From: Leucoraja ocellata | Lineage: Eukaryota | Assembly: GCA_036785375.1 (NCBI GenBank) | Contig: JAWMAR010000032.1 | Coordinates: 4,712,001-4,776,000 of the forward strand | Reading direction: 5' to 3' | Length of the DNA: 64,000 bases | Shown here: positions 51,150 through 63,485 of the stretch, in pieces | Position numbering within the stretch: position 1 is the first letter of the stretch | Layout: the number at the start of each line of letters is the position of its first letter | The notes under the pieces: generated by a model | What the model saw: only the letters and a program-made list of their open reading frames with translations | Told to the model about the DNA's origin: nothing | The model's database searches: none | Translations under genes and position numbers: made by a program

Positions 51150-51950
51150 AATGATTTAAGTGTTTGGCTCAAAGCTAAAATGTAATGAGTACCTGCCCAC
51201 ACCACTTCCTTGTGTAGTGAAGAGTACCTGCTTCCACCCTCCTTTGGGAAGTGCGTGCAGATTCCAATCACCCGCTTGATGGAAATGTTATTCTTTGGTT
51301 CCCCTGTAGATCTCTCTTTACCCTATATCTAAGCCTTCTCATTTTAGCTACCCCTGCAAGGGTGAACATTTAATATATTCACCCTTTCGTTGCATTTCAT
51401 AACTTACAATACCGCTATCGGGCCCCCCCCCCGTAGCCTGTTCCCCTCCATGAAATCTACCCAATCCCATAACTGAAACACTCTATCCCAGGCAACATCC
51501 TGTGCTGGGTACATTTCCTGTGCACCCTCTCCAATGCAATCATGTGACAACCATAAATGCACAGTGTTCTATCTGTCGCATAAGCAATGTTTTATAAAGT
51601 TATACCATAACCTCCCTGCCCTTGTATTCAATTCTCTGGCTAATGAGTGCTTATATCCCACATGCGTTCGCACCACACTGTAGACCTGTGCTGCCATCTT
51701 TAGATTCTTGGGCTCGTGCGCCAAGGACCCCTGTTCCTCAAGACTCCATGGAGCCCCACCATTCACTATCTCTGGCCTAACATTATTGGTCCCTCCATCG
51801 TGCATTGACTTGCACTTATCAGGATTAAGTTCCATCTGACATTGTTCTGGCCATTTTACCAAATCCTCCTCACTATCAAGTGCAGCACCAACTTGGGGCC
51901 TTGTGGAACCTTGTCAAGGACCTTTGTGAACTCCTTGTAATCCATTTTTC
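51150..51950 (-). mobile_element. Old CR1 3' remnant
   Basis: Minus-strand residues MVKWPEQCQMELNPDKCKSMH correspond to WANVWQMQYNVDKCEVIHFG in the young copy. Confidence 0.6.
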
Positions 51951-52548
51951 ATCTACAACTAATTAGTTATAGAATGGAGAGAAAGAGTTATGGGTGCAGA
52001 TTGATTTGAGAATTTTTCAAGAAATTGGATCAATACTCAAAGGTAATCAAAATCTCCGTGAAGAGCAGGAGACTGGGACTGACTGGATTGCCTCACCACA
52101 AGTGAATACAAACTCTGGTCCAAATGACTGCATCTGTGCCATAATAATTCCAATTGTAGTTATTCTAAATATTATTATGGCCTCAGATTGGTAGTAGTTC
52201 CTAAACCGACATTTCATTTTTACATGGTGGTTCACAGTGACAGTAGGGAATGTATGGTGTCACTAACTCTTGATATCAAGTATCCGGCTTCCTCTACAAG
52301 TTCCAGGCGACTCTCATCTTCAAACACAAATTTGTAATTGCCTAATATCAAGAAAAATCTCCTTCCTAGTGTTTATCTTAAATGCATCTCTTTTCTGCAG
52401 TTGGCGTGTTACCTTGTTGATTATTTATTTAAACCAACTGAAATAGTTCAGGAGCATGTTGTAACGTGATATTTTTCTAGGACCATTCCGATCCAAATCT
52501 TGTTTTTCATATATTCCTTGTCTTGTTTTATTCCTCCCCACATTTTAG

Positions 52549-52736
52549 TCCAAGCTGGCAGTGGTTCAGAGATGGCATTCATTTAACAGATACCAATCAT
52601 TATACATTTAACACCAGAGAGCACAGTTTGACCATAAAAAGTGCTAGTCCTGATGATAATGGTGTCTACTACTGCTGTGCAAAGAACGCAGTTGGAAATG
52701 TTTGCAGCAATGATAACTTCACACTAATGATAATTG
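52549..52736 (+). CDS. ptk7: PTK7 coding exon (exon 4 equivalent), Ig domain 2
   Basis: Polypyrimidine tract plus ttttag acceptor, donor gtaagt; 188 nt. CG|T completes Arg. Translation PSWQWFRDGIHLTD..REHSLTIKSASPDDNGVYYCCAKNAVGNVCSNDNFTLMII keeps the CC motif seen in PTK7. Confidence 0.95.
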
Positions 52737-53859
52737 GTAAGTAGTGAACCTTGAATATGCTAGTCCAGATAACTGCTGTGAATCGGTTTTAGTTGCAGGA
52801 TATGTTATTAATATCTATGTATAAACTGATAAACATCGATAGTTTTCACCATTATGTTGAAAAATAATAAGAGCTTTGGTTAATACGGTTAATAAGAGAA
52901 TTAAATAGGGCAAATCAAATGGTTGATTAATTTGCAGAGACAATGGGATAAATCTTCACAGAAAACCAATTTGAGGTACGGTAGTGATAAGGCAGCTAAA
53001 TACCAGTGTCTTGGATAAATAATGAAACTGTTAACAATGTGGAATTTGGAACAGCAAAAACTAGTCTTAATAAAAAATGACCACAGAAACCATTAAATAG
53101 TTGAAATAAATCTGGTTTACTCTTGTCCTTCATAGGAGGATATCTGTGAGAATGTCATCTTTATCCAGTTTGTCCAATATGTAATTCCACAAGGTACCCT
53201 AGTATGTCACCAGACTATTTTTTAGCCAATTAGGTATTCTGAAAATCTGGGGCTTCATAATCAGCTTTCTTTATGCCAGCTTATTTTTCCAGGTTTTCAA
53301 AACTGAATTCCGTGTTGGGTAAAATTTGAGCATGTTTTATGTATTCTCTCTCCAGCCCTCTATATTAGTTTAGTTACCAAAATACTGCACTATCATACCT
53401 TTTGTGAGCCTATTTGTTTCTCCTGCTGTTGTAGCCTGAAGAGGTCTACTTAGAAATTCCCCATCTTGCCACCCCCTCCATTATAGTTGACCTTGTTGGC
53501 TCAATATCCACATGTCCCTTTACATTTTGTTGAAGTATCTTGGAACTCAGTTTCTACATAAGCAGACTCGCCACAAAGTACTATTGCTAAAGCTATTTTA
53601 TGAAAAAAGCCAAAAGGGATATAATTCAAAGGGACTCTTTGTGTCTCCCATTATACCTGTAACAAATATAACTTGTTTCCCTCTGAATCACTGAAATTAA
53701 GTCAGACTTTGTTGTGTATGAACTGTGAGCAACCATTGTTTCATAATGTAGGCAAAATAGATGGCTTGGGGACTGTTACCTGGATATTGTATGTTCTAAC
53801 CATCTTCTGGGAAAAGTCATAATTATAGTGCACAGAAACATGAACTTGTTCAATGTACT

Positions 53860-55270
53860 TTAAACATTATTATTGTATCCGCTCCCTGCCACTCCTTCTG
53901 GCAGCTCATTCCATATATCTACCACGTTCTGTATGCAAACTTTGCCCCTTGGGGCCCCTTTAAATCTATCCTTCTCACCTTAAACCAGTGTCTTGTTTTC
54001 TTCTCCCCTGCCCATATGACCATCCATCTGCTCCTCGTGATTTTATAAATCTCTATAAAGTTACTCTTCAGCCGCCCACACTTGAGGGAATATGTAGGAA
54101 AGAACTGCAGACGCTGGTTTAAATCGAAGATAGACACAAAATGCTGGAGTAACTCAGCGAGGCAGCATCTTTGGAGAGAAGGAATGGGTGACATTTCGGG
54201 TCAAGACCCTTCTTCAGACTGATGTCAGGGGAGTGCAAGCTGAACTCTCGTCGGAGAGAGGAGGAGAACTTCTTCAAAGTAGACACACCTTGAGGAGATT
54301 TTGCGGTGGAGCAGACATAAAGTGAAGGAAAGAACTGCAGATGCTGGTTTAAATCGAAGATAGACACAGACTGCTGGAGTAACTCAGGCAGCATCTCTGG
54401 AGAGGTATTGGGTGACGTTTTGGGTCTTCAAACTGATGTCAGGGAAGTGTCTCAGCCTATGTAGTGCATCCAGTTAATCCTTATAACACAAGTCCACCCG
54501 TTATGGCAATATTCTTATGAATCTTTTCTGTGCCCTGTCTAGCTGAATCGCATCCTTCCTCTTGTGTGTTGACCAAAGCTGTACATGATATTCCAGGTGT
54601 GCTTTCACCAATATCGTGTCCCGACTCTTGTACTCTATGCCCCATCTGATAAAAGACAAACATCCCAAATGTCTTCCCAAATTTGTGTATCTGTATCACT
54701 TGGTCTCTCAGTTTTACAATGCTCTGCAGGGCCCTGTCATTCACTGCGCATTATTTGGCGTGATTTAACTTCCAAAATACAACACGTTGCACTTTTCACA
54801 GCTGCCTTTTCTTTCCCAGTTAATCTAGATCAACTTGTAATCTTAAAGCAACCTTATTCACTGTCCAGCATACCACCAATTTTGATGTTGTGAGCAAACT
54901 TACTAATCTTATCACCGACAACTGCATCCCGATCATTAGTACGTATGACAAACAACATGAGACTTGGCACCAAATCCTGCAGCACATCACGACTCACAGG
55001 GCTCCAATCTGAAACCTCCCTCTCATTCCATCTACAAAGCAAATTTTGTATCTAATTAACCAGCTCGTCATGGATCCCATGTGATATCACCTTCCGGACC
55101 AACCTAACCATATGATATATTGTCAAAAACCTTGTTAAAGTCCATGCAGACAATATCTTCTGCCTTGTTCTCGTCAATCTTCTTGGTCACCTCTTCAAAA
55201 AAACTCATTCAAATTCGTAGACTTGATTTCCCACGCACAAAGCCATGCTAACTATCCCTTCTTAGTCCTT
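53860..55270 (-). mobile_element. Old CR1 remnant interrupted by tandem PLE repeats (54092-54445)
   Basis: Residues SDWSPVSRDVLQDLVPSLMLFVIRTND..ISKFA and RLKSNFIEIYKITR; the PLE repeat unit occurs twice. Confidence 0.65.
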
Positions 55271-55474
55271 GTCTTTTCAAAAGTTACAATAATATGCATA
55301 ATAATTTAGGAGACTAATTTATGTCTGTGACCTTATATGATTGAGATAGCTTAAGTTGTGATGCATACCTGTATTGACCCTTTCACGATTGTCACCTTAC
55401 AGCCTTTTCAAACGATAAGTTTATGCACCCTTTTACTGAAGTTTAATTCTAGGTTCTAATTCAATTTCACCCTT

Positions 55475-55915
55475 CCTACAGCCCATTGAGCCTCTGCTGG
55501 TTCTCAGACATACTGCCCATCAGTATATATTCTGTCCTTTGTGATGGCGGGATCAAGAAAAGGGGGGGGGGGGGAGGAGGTTTCAGAGATGGTCCAAGTG
55601 TATTTGAGGGCAGAGTGGAAGTCAGCGGTGAAGTTAATGAAATCAATGAGTTCTGCACGGATGCAGGTAACAGGGGCTGGGGCTCATGTAACCCATGGCT
55701 ACACCTGTAACTTGGAGAAAGTGAGAGGAGTCGAGGAGGAGTTGAGGGTGAGCACAAGTTTCACCAGGAGGAGGAAAGTGTCAGTTCAGTTAAATTGAAT
55801 GGGTCTCTGTTCAAGGAGGAACCAGAGGGTTTTGTGACCCTTGAGTCTAAAGAAGGGTCTTGGCCCGAAACATTGCCTATTCTTTTTCTCCAGAGATGCT
55901 GCCTGACCTGCTAAC
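55475..55915 (-). mobile_element. PLE RT fragment with an inverted terminal repeat
   Basis: Minus strand ELIDFINFTADFHSALKYTWTISETS..FLD is a PLE RT region; + strand CTAAAGAAGGGTCTTGGCCCGAAACATTGCCTAT at ~55847-55880. Confidence 0.7.
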
Positions 55916-56102
55916 TTTCACCTTTCCTGCTGAGTATTCAAGAGGTTAGGGGTTATTTAGCTGTGATAATTCTGAAATTGAAAATCACCAGAGGCTAGGT
56001 TTTAAGTACAGGCAGAAAGATTCTTGTTTATCAAGAATTTATTTAACTGCCTTAAAAATATTAAAAGAATCTACTTTGAGGGAGAAAGTTGCAAGTCCTT
56101 TT

Positions 56103-56389
56103 AGCCCTGTCCCACGGTGCAAGTTCATTCCAAGAGCTCTCCCAAGTTTTTAAAAAATCAAACTCGTAAGCATGGAGAATGAACGTAGCGGGTACGTCGG
56201 ATCTCGGGGACGTCTCTTAGCGCTAACGGCAGGTACTCGGGAAGACTCGTGAAGACTTTTCAACATGATGAATAATGTCCACGAGAGCCCCGAGTACCGA
56301 CGAGTGGCCAATACCGTAAATCTCCGAGTTCGAATCAGGGCAAACCCGGGAGAACTCGTGGAATGAACTCGTAGGGTGGGGCAGGGGTT
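56103..56389. mobile_element. Harbinger-family MITE
   Basis: TIRs CCCTGTCCCACGGTGCAAGTTCATTCCAAGAGCTCTCCC / GGGAGAACTCGTGGAATGAACTCGTAGGGTGGGGCAGGGG; TTA-like flanks. Confidence 0.78.
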
Positions 56390-56801
56390 TTACAGGTATC
56401 TTCACTAAGTTTAGATTCATCTTCCCATTAAATGGGAAACCTTTATTTTTAAACAGTGTCCCCCTTTTCTAGATTTTTGAAAGGAAATATCCTCTCGATT
56501 CTACCCGCTCCCTAATTTATCTGTTGTAGGGGCATTTTTTTTGCCTGCCTACCTTAAACACTTTTTCAAATCATCACTTTCTATCTTGTACTATGTCATC
56601 CGGGTTTTCAATATGGTTCCATTGCTCCATCTCAGGTGTAACTCCAGTTAAAACAAAACAAAACAAAGTTGTGCCTGAAACTGATTCCATTATTCCACAT
56701 AATGCCTAACAACAGTTGTATATAATCATAATTGTGTTTGCATTCTGCATCTCTCATGGTTACATTCTGCCTCATTTTATTTGAAACTGTGAGGAACCTT
56801 T

Positions 56802-57027
56802 TAGAAACATAGAAACATAGAAATTAGGTGCAGGAGTAGGCCATTCGGCCCTTCGAGCCTGCACCGCCATTCAATATGATCATGGCTGATCATCCAACTC
56901 AGTATCCCGTACCTGCCTTCTCTCCATACCCCCTGATCCCCTTAGCCACAAGGGCCACATCTAACTACCTCTTAAATATAGCTAATGAACTGGCCTCAAC
57001 TACCCTCTGTGGCAGAGAGTTCCAGAG
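56802..57027 (-). mobile_element. Very short young CR1 3' fragment
   Basis: Near-exact reverse complement of ~45705-45930, including the (TTTCTATG)n tail. Confidence 0.93.
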
Positions 57028-57107
57028 GGATTTTAATGTCTTTTCTACACTGGAATCCCTAAGTACCTTCACTTGCACCATATTGTGCTGGCATGTATTC
57101 TGTAGAC

Positions 57108-57546
57108 CAAGGGTCGGCAACCTTGTTCTCCATAGGGGCTAGGATGCATGTCTGTGAGTGGATGGCAGGCCACATCTATCACGTGTACACATGGATCCCG
57201 CCCCGGAACACTGACCCCGAGTTATTCACTCCTCCCCGGCCTATTGACAACATCAATCCCGACAGTGAAGCCCAGACACAGAAGATGCTCGTCCGTGCCG
57301 GCCACTTTGCGCGGGATGCGGTACGACCAGCGCTCGCCGCTGCTCGGCTGCTCCGCCATTGCGGCCGCCAATGCAGTCCTCCTTTCGTCACCGCGCCTGG
57401 GCGCCGCAGCCTCGGGCCAGGGTGGTACCGGAGATGATGGAAGTCTGGGGGCCGGATGATTACAGGGAAAAAAATATGCCTGCGGGCCGGGTGATTTCAG
57501 GTTAAGGGGCGTATTCGGCCCGGGGGCCGTAGGTTGCCGATCCCTG
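57108..57546. mobile_element. hAT (Charlie-like) MITE
   Basis: TIRs CAAGGGTCGGCAACCT / AGGTTGCCGATCCCTG; perfect 8-bp TSD CTGTAGAC at 57100-57107 and 57547-57554. Confidence 0.9.
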
Positions 57547-57742
57547 CTGTAGACCCATCTGTAATTCATGCAGCTAAGTACATTTATATGAAAGATTCAC
57601 ATATTGCGAATGTCTCAACATATATGTTTAATCTCAAAATCTGTTTTTTGGCAGCCCAAATAAATGAACACTAGTCATGGATTAACCGTGATGTTTTACT
57701 GTGCACAGCAAAATCTAAGATTTGCACAATAATGTTTTTCAG

Positions 57743-57890
57743 ATGCAAGTTTTCCACAGCCTTTGATCCGGCCCCAGGACCAGATTGTGAATAAGAAGGA
57801 AGATGCCATGTTTCATTGTCAATTCACAGCTACACCTCCCCCAGTACAGGAATGGTTATTTGATGATACGATCATTCATAACTCAACACG
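57743..57890 (+). CDS. ptk7: PTK7 coding exon (exon 5 equivalent), Ig domain 3 first half; absent from the ORF track
   Basis: Acceptor tttttcag and donor gtactg; 148 nt. G|AT gives DASFPQPLIRPQDQIVNKKEDAMFHCQFTATPPPVQEWLFDDTIIHNSTR versus human DESFARVVLAPQDVVVARYEEAMFHCQFSAQPPPSLQWLFEDETPITNRSR. Confidence 0.95.
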
Positions 57891-58446
57891 GTACTGTTGT
57901 TTTTAAGTTCTTGATTTTGAATGTTTGACATTGGAGAATAATATAGATGAGTAGTAAAATGGAAAGCATGTTGGTTCTTAACTACACTTGGACACCCAAA
58001 GGGTGTGCCACCAGGTAACTTGCTTAACACCATGGATGGACCATAGGACCATAATCAATTCAAAAGTTTTGCAATTCCCTTCCTTATCATTGAATTCTAA
58101 AATATATAGCATGGAAACAGGCTATTTGGCCCAAGTAAACACTGACAGCAATTGAATTCTATATAAATCCTGAATCTTTCCTTATCCAATTATCATCTCT
58201 CATGTCTAACTTTTCCTTAAATTGATCTCGACTGTTCGCTCCACTCTCTGGTAAAGATGTTTCTACTGAATTCATATTGATATATTGATGGGGTCTAGTT
58301 TTCCCGACAATGTCCGTCTATCATTTTGATATATCTCAATCAGATTATCTTGGTCTCTTGTCATGAACGGAGATTCAGAGCATCCTTTCCTGATTGCTGT
58401 AGCCTTGCAATTTTAATATGCTTCTTGTAAACATTGCACACACACT

Positions 58447-58770
58447 TTGCAGCACTTCATGTTTAAGAAAGAACTGCAGATGCTGGTTTAAATCGAAGGT
58501 AGATACAAAACGTTGGAGTAACTCAGCGGGTGAGGCAGCATCTCTGGAGAGAAGGAATGGGTGACGTTTTGGGTCATGTGCCCTAATTTTGCCCACTAAT
58601 CTCCTATGTGGGACCTTATCAAATGCTTTCTGAAAGTCCAGGTACACTACATCCACTGACTCTCCCTTGTCCATTTTCCTAGTTACATCCTTCCAGAAAA
58701 AATTCTAGATGATTAGTCAAGCATGATTTCCCCTTCGTAAATCCATGCTGATTCGGACTGATCCTGCATG
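58447..58770 (-). mobile_element. PLE tail (58447-58576) fused to a CR1 RT fragment (58577-58770)
   Basis: MDKGESVDVVYLDFQKAFDKVPHRRLVGKIRAH joins directly to the PLE repeat GACCCAAAACGTCACCCATTCC. Confidence 0.75.
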
Positions 58771-60268
58771 GACAAGTAACATGCTTTGCATTATCTATGC
58801 CTGTTCATGCCTTGAAATCTTCATACTGATTAAATGTAAAACCACAATTCAAGTAATAAAGTTCTACAAATACCTGAAAGATTATTTGATAATGGTGATT
58901 GTTTCGGAGGTACTGCCTGTTCCTCTTAACATCTGATCTTTATGGCTTTCCCTGTATGAGCCTGAAAATACACAAAATGTAATTACTGCATCATTTCCCA
59001 ATTCTTATGAAAGATCTTTGACGTGAAGTATTTCATGGAGTTAATCAGCATGGAAACAGGCTCTCCAACCGGTCTTGTCCATGCTGACCAAGATTCTTAC
59101 CCAAGCTTGTTCCATTTGCTTGCAATTGGCACATTATCCCTCTTGAACCTTTTTTTGCCTCTGAATAACTTTTGTTTGTAACAAATGTTACCTGACCTGC
59201 TGTGTGTACTCCACACTTTCTATTTTAATTTTCCATTTCCAGCATTTGCAGTTTATTTAATTTTGGGTAGTGGTGATTTGACAAATTCATCTCCACTTTG
59301 GGCAATATATTTCAGAACTTGGCTTGCAATCGACTCTAGTGTGGGGAATTGTGAATTCATCCATTTTAGTAGTGGAAAAAAAAGAGTAGTACATTGTTCA
59401 AGTAAATTGCCTTCTGAATGTTGTTATGAAGTTAGCAAATAAATGCTGCAATTAGGAAGCTAAATTAAATGTTGATACTGCTTCCTAATTATCTGCTGCA
59501 TCTATATTGCAAAAGGAATGGGGCATAAAGTTAGAGAAAGTCTTGCTATAATTGTTTAGGGATTTATTGACAATGCACCTGGAGTAGTGTGTACCGTTTA
59601 GGTCAGGGCTGATGTCATCACCCTTTTCCTGCCGATTGATCTTTCTGTAGATCAAAAATCTATCTTGATCTGAATATGTTCAAAAACCAATCCTTCTCAG
59701 CACTCTGGGCCGGCGAATTCTAAAGATTCACAATCATCGAGAAAGCCAAAATTACTCCATTTCCATTTTATGGGGCCAGAGTCATGCAGCACGCGAACAA
59801 GCCCTTTGGTCCAACTTGTCTATGCTAACCAAGAAGCCCCATCTAAGCTAGTCCCATTTGCCTGCGTTAGGCCCCTAAACCTTTCCTTTCCATCTACCCA
59901 TCCATGTGACGTTTACATATTGTTAAAGTATCTGCCTCAACTACGTCCACTGTATGCTCATTCCATATACCCTCTGAGTGAAAAAGTTGCCCCATGGTCG
60001 GCATGGGCAAGTTGGGACAAAGGCCTGTTTCCTTGCTGTATCACTCAGATTCATATTCAATCTTGCGCCTCTCACCTTAGGCCCATGTGCCCTTGTTTTT
60101 GATTACCTCTGGGTAAAAATACTGTGCATTTGTTCTATTACCCTCATGATTTTATACACCTCTATAAGATCATCCCTCAACTGCCTGGTCTCCATATATA
60201 TATGGTAGACACAAAATGATGGAGTAACTGAGCGGGTGAGGCAGCATCTCTGGAGAGAAGGAATGGGT

Positions 60269-60296
60269 GACGTTTCGGGTCGTGACCCTTCTTCAG
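60269..60296 (-). ncRNA. Best-preserved minimal hammerhead-like core, within the PLE repeat at 60205-60370
   Basis: Minus strand CTGAAGA-A-GGGTCACGACCC-GAAACGTC: CUGANGA box, helix II, GAAA box, palindromic ACGT and a GUC triplet. Confidence 0.6.
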
Positions 60297-61099
60297 TCAT
60301 TCCTCCAGCGTTTTGTGTTTATCTTCGATTAAAACCAGCAATTCTTTCTTACACATGAAGTGCTGCAAATATGTGTGTGTGTGTGTTGGTGTGTGTGTAC
60401 ACACACTCACACTGAACTTTATTTTAATTTTCGTTATGTTTAAAGTTTACAAAAGAGCATTCTAACTTTTTGATTTGACTTTGAAAGCAGAAATATTTTC
60501 CTATTTTAGCTTGAAAATGTGTTGGATGGTGCCTTTTAAAGGATTAGTGGAGTTAAATGGGACAGGAAATAACGTCCATTTGTTGAAATCATGCAAATCA
60601 ATTACTTTTAATCTAGATTCATGTTTAAAAATGTGTATCTGTTTTTGGAACAGAGCAAGATAGGGTTTGGTGGGAGGTGTTGAAACATTGAACGGTTTAA
60701 ACATTATTTGGTTTATCGCATAAATCCCCTTTGCTAGCCTTGTCAACTTCCGCTAGCTATGTGTCCAGTAACATTTCAGTTTAAACATATTTACCTTCAA
60801 TGTTAATATCTTAATCTTACTGTAATCAAACTCTACATGCCAAGTCTGAAGTGGCCTTATTGCCTTGGGATCCTTGGTTTTTACAGAGCTGTTTGGCTGG
60901 CTATACTGCTTTTAATATGCAACAGCTGGCTAAATCTACACAAGTGACCTCTTCCTGTTACAGTCCTTTAAACCTCAGACAGTTGGCATCATCTCAGTTA
61001 ATCAAGTTGGAAGGTATATTTTGAGTTGGGGAAAATATGCTTTGATGAGGAAAGTGAAGATTATTCAGATCTATTGGTGTTGGAACATTTAAAACTAGT

Positions 61100-61710
61100 A
61101 CATGGCATTAAGGTTGTGTGAAGAAAGGAAGTCATGCAGTAGCTATACTAAACCTTAGTTAAACCACAGGAATATTGTGTACACACAAAGGAAGGATGTG
61201 GTAGCAATAGAAAGAGTGCACAAACGGTACTCCACAATGTTGCCTGGTATGGAGGGCTGTAGTTGCGAGGAGAGAGTGAAGAACCTGGGTTTATTCTCAC
61301 AAGAACATAGGAGGCTGAGGGGAGACCTGGTGGAGGTTTAAAATATTGAGGGTGTAGATAGGATTGCTGGATAGCAGAATCTTTTTCCCCCAGTGCAGGA
61401 AAACCTAGAACTCGCAAGCACAAATTTAAATTGAGGGAAGATATTTGAAGGAAATCTGAGTGGTCTATTTTTCACAGAGAGAGAGAGAGAGAGAGAGAAG
61501 TTGTTATCTGAGCAAAATTCCAGAGGAGGTGTAAGAAGCAGATACAGTTACAATGTTTGAAAGACATTTGAACCAGTACTTGGATAGGAAAGGCATTGAT
61601 GGATATGGGCCAATACCAATAATAGGATTAGTGATGGTAGGCATTGTGATCTGCACAGTCAAGATGGGCCGAAAGGGCCTTTTGCTGTGTTGTACAATTC
61701 TATGAATGAT
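61100..61710 (+). mobile_element. Old CR1 3' remnant containing an (AG)n microsatellite
   Basis: CTATACTAAACCTTAGTTAAACCACAGGAATATTGTG..GGAGGCTGAGGGGAGACCTGG..GATGGGCCGAAAGGGCC..ATTCTATG. Confidence 0.65.
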
Positions 61711-63299
61711 GGTAGTCTGGATGTGGAATTTTCAACCTGAAACAGTTGGGCGAGTAGAAAACTAAATTGCTTTGAAAATGAAGTTGAATTAATGTATGAA
61801 TTTAGGTGACATTTAAAAAAAGGTGAAGGAATCCATTTAAATATCCAGTTCTTTAATGGGAAAGAGAAATGCGGACAAATATCTCCTTTCTGAGGTGTGA
61901 AATATTTAGATTAGAAAAACCCTTTTTTTCCCCCATGCATCTGTTGGCAAACAGTGTGGTTTCCTTCTGGAGGAAGTGGTTGAAATCAGAGGAGCTTGAC
62001 ATTGAGGCTATGTGCCTTCTGGAACTCGAGTACTTCAAAGTCTAGAAACAAAACACTTAGCTGTCCTTGGAGAAAACAAAAATATGCCACCAAAGCAAAA
62101 GCAAAATAATTCAGGCTTTATTTGAGAGGTTTTATTCTTGAATTCCACAAACATAGGGAGTACTAAATTGTTTAAGGAACTATCTTTTATTTAAGTCTGA
62201 GCCTATGTTTAACATTCTACTATATTGTACACGTCATGGCAATACCTAAACTGCTGGAAATGTTATAATTATTGAACATGTAAATTAATGCTGACCAACC
62301 TTGCCATCCCTGTCTTTCATCTTTACAGGAACATGCTGATCCTGGATTCTAACCAGCTGGTCTTTAAAATACTCCCACATGTTAGATGTGGATTTTCCCA
62401 ATAACAGATGTTCCCCATCTACTCTCCACATCTATTAGAATTAGTTCCTGTTTAATGCTAATATATGTAGCCTTCTCCCAATTTAGCAATTTACCACAGA
62501 ATCCAGTCTTGCAACAAGTCTTAAACTTAAGGAGTTATGATCACTGTCCTCAAAATGCTCTCCCACTGAAACCTCAATCACTTGGCCAGGCTCATTAAAC
62601 AAGGTTTAGCATGACCCCTTCCTTGTTTGGACTATCTGCATGCTGTTTCAAGAAACCACACTGTGTACAGTTTTGATTTCCATATTTAAGGACACATTTG
62701 AAGAAGATTTATTGGAATGATCTCTAGAATCAAGGGGTTGAAAAATGAAGTAAAGATGAAAAATGATAGGTGAATTTACTGAAATGTACATGATTTGGAG
62801 GAGAATTTACGAGAGAGGATCTGGGAGAATGTCTCTTCCCCCTTCCTCCTTCCTGGTTTCAGAACAAGGGGTCACCTATTTCAGATGGAGAGGAAGCAAT
62901 TCCCTTTCTCTGACGCTTGTGATTCTGAATTCCATAAAGCTGTAGAGGTACAGTTATTGAGATTGAGAGACATGTAAACTGCAAGGGACTCAGGGGCATG
63001 GGAGAAAATAGGGATGTAGTATTGAGTCCAGAATTGACTCAGCCATGATCTGTTTCTTGGTTTCTTGGTCCTCCAAAATATTCCAAATGGAATTTAAACT
63101 GGAGGTGGTGAAGGGAGGGCTTAAGCCAGAAAGGGTTATTGGGAAGAAAGAGCTACTTTAATTTTAGTTGCATTTTGTTGGGTAACTATAGTAGGGTGGA
63201 GATTATCCCATGCTTTAATTGTGCGGGGGAAGAACGAATTGCTGTACACATCTGTCTTTGTAGCTGGGATCACAAATTGCATCGAATGCCCTCATCTGC

Positions 63300-63485
63300 T
63301 ACTGATTGGTTTGGGTTTGGTGTAGGTCTTGTAATCTAAGTCGAGCTGACCATTTAACATTTTGTAAAAACAGGTCAAACGGTGAGCTTCACGTCTGTCT
63401 TGGAGATTGTTCCACCCCAGAGAATTCAGAAGTTTGGTGACACTCGCTTCTCTCTCATAGGTGTTAGAAACAAATCGAGCTGCCT
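63300..63485 (-). mobile_element. LINE ORF2 C-terminal fragment of a clade distinct from the vertebrate-type CR1 copies
   Basis: AARFVSNTYEREASVTKLLNSLGWNNLQDRREAHRLTCFYKMLNG fits the AARF..SVT.ML..LGW.SL..RR..RL..YKI pattern. Confidence 0.7.
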
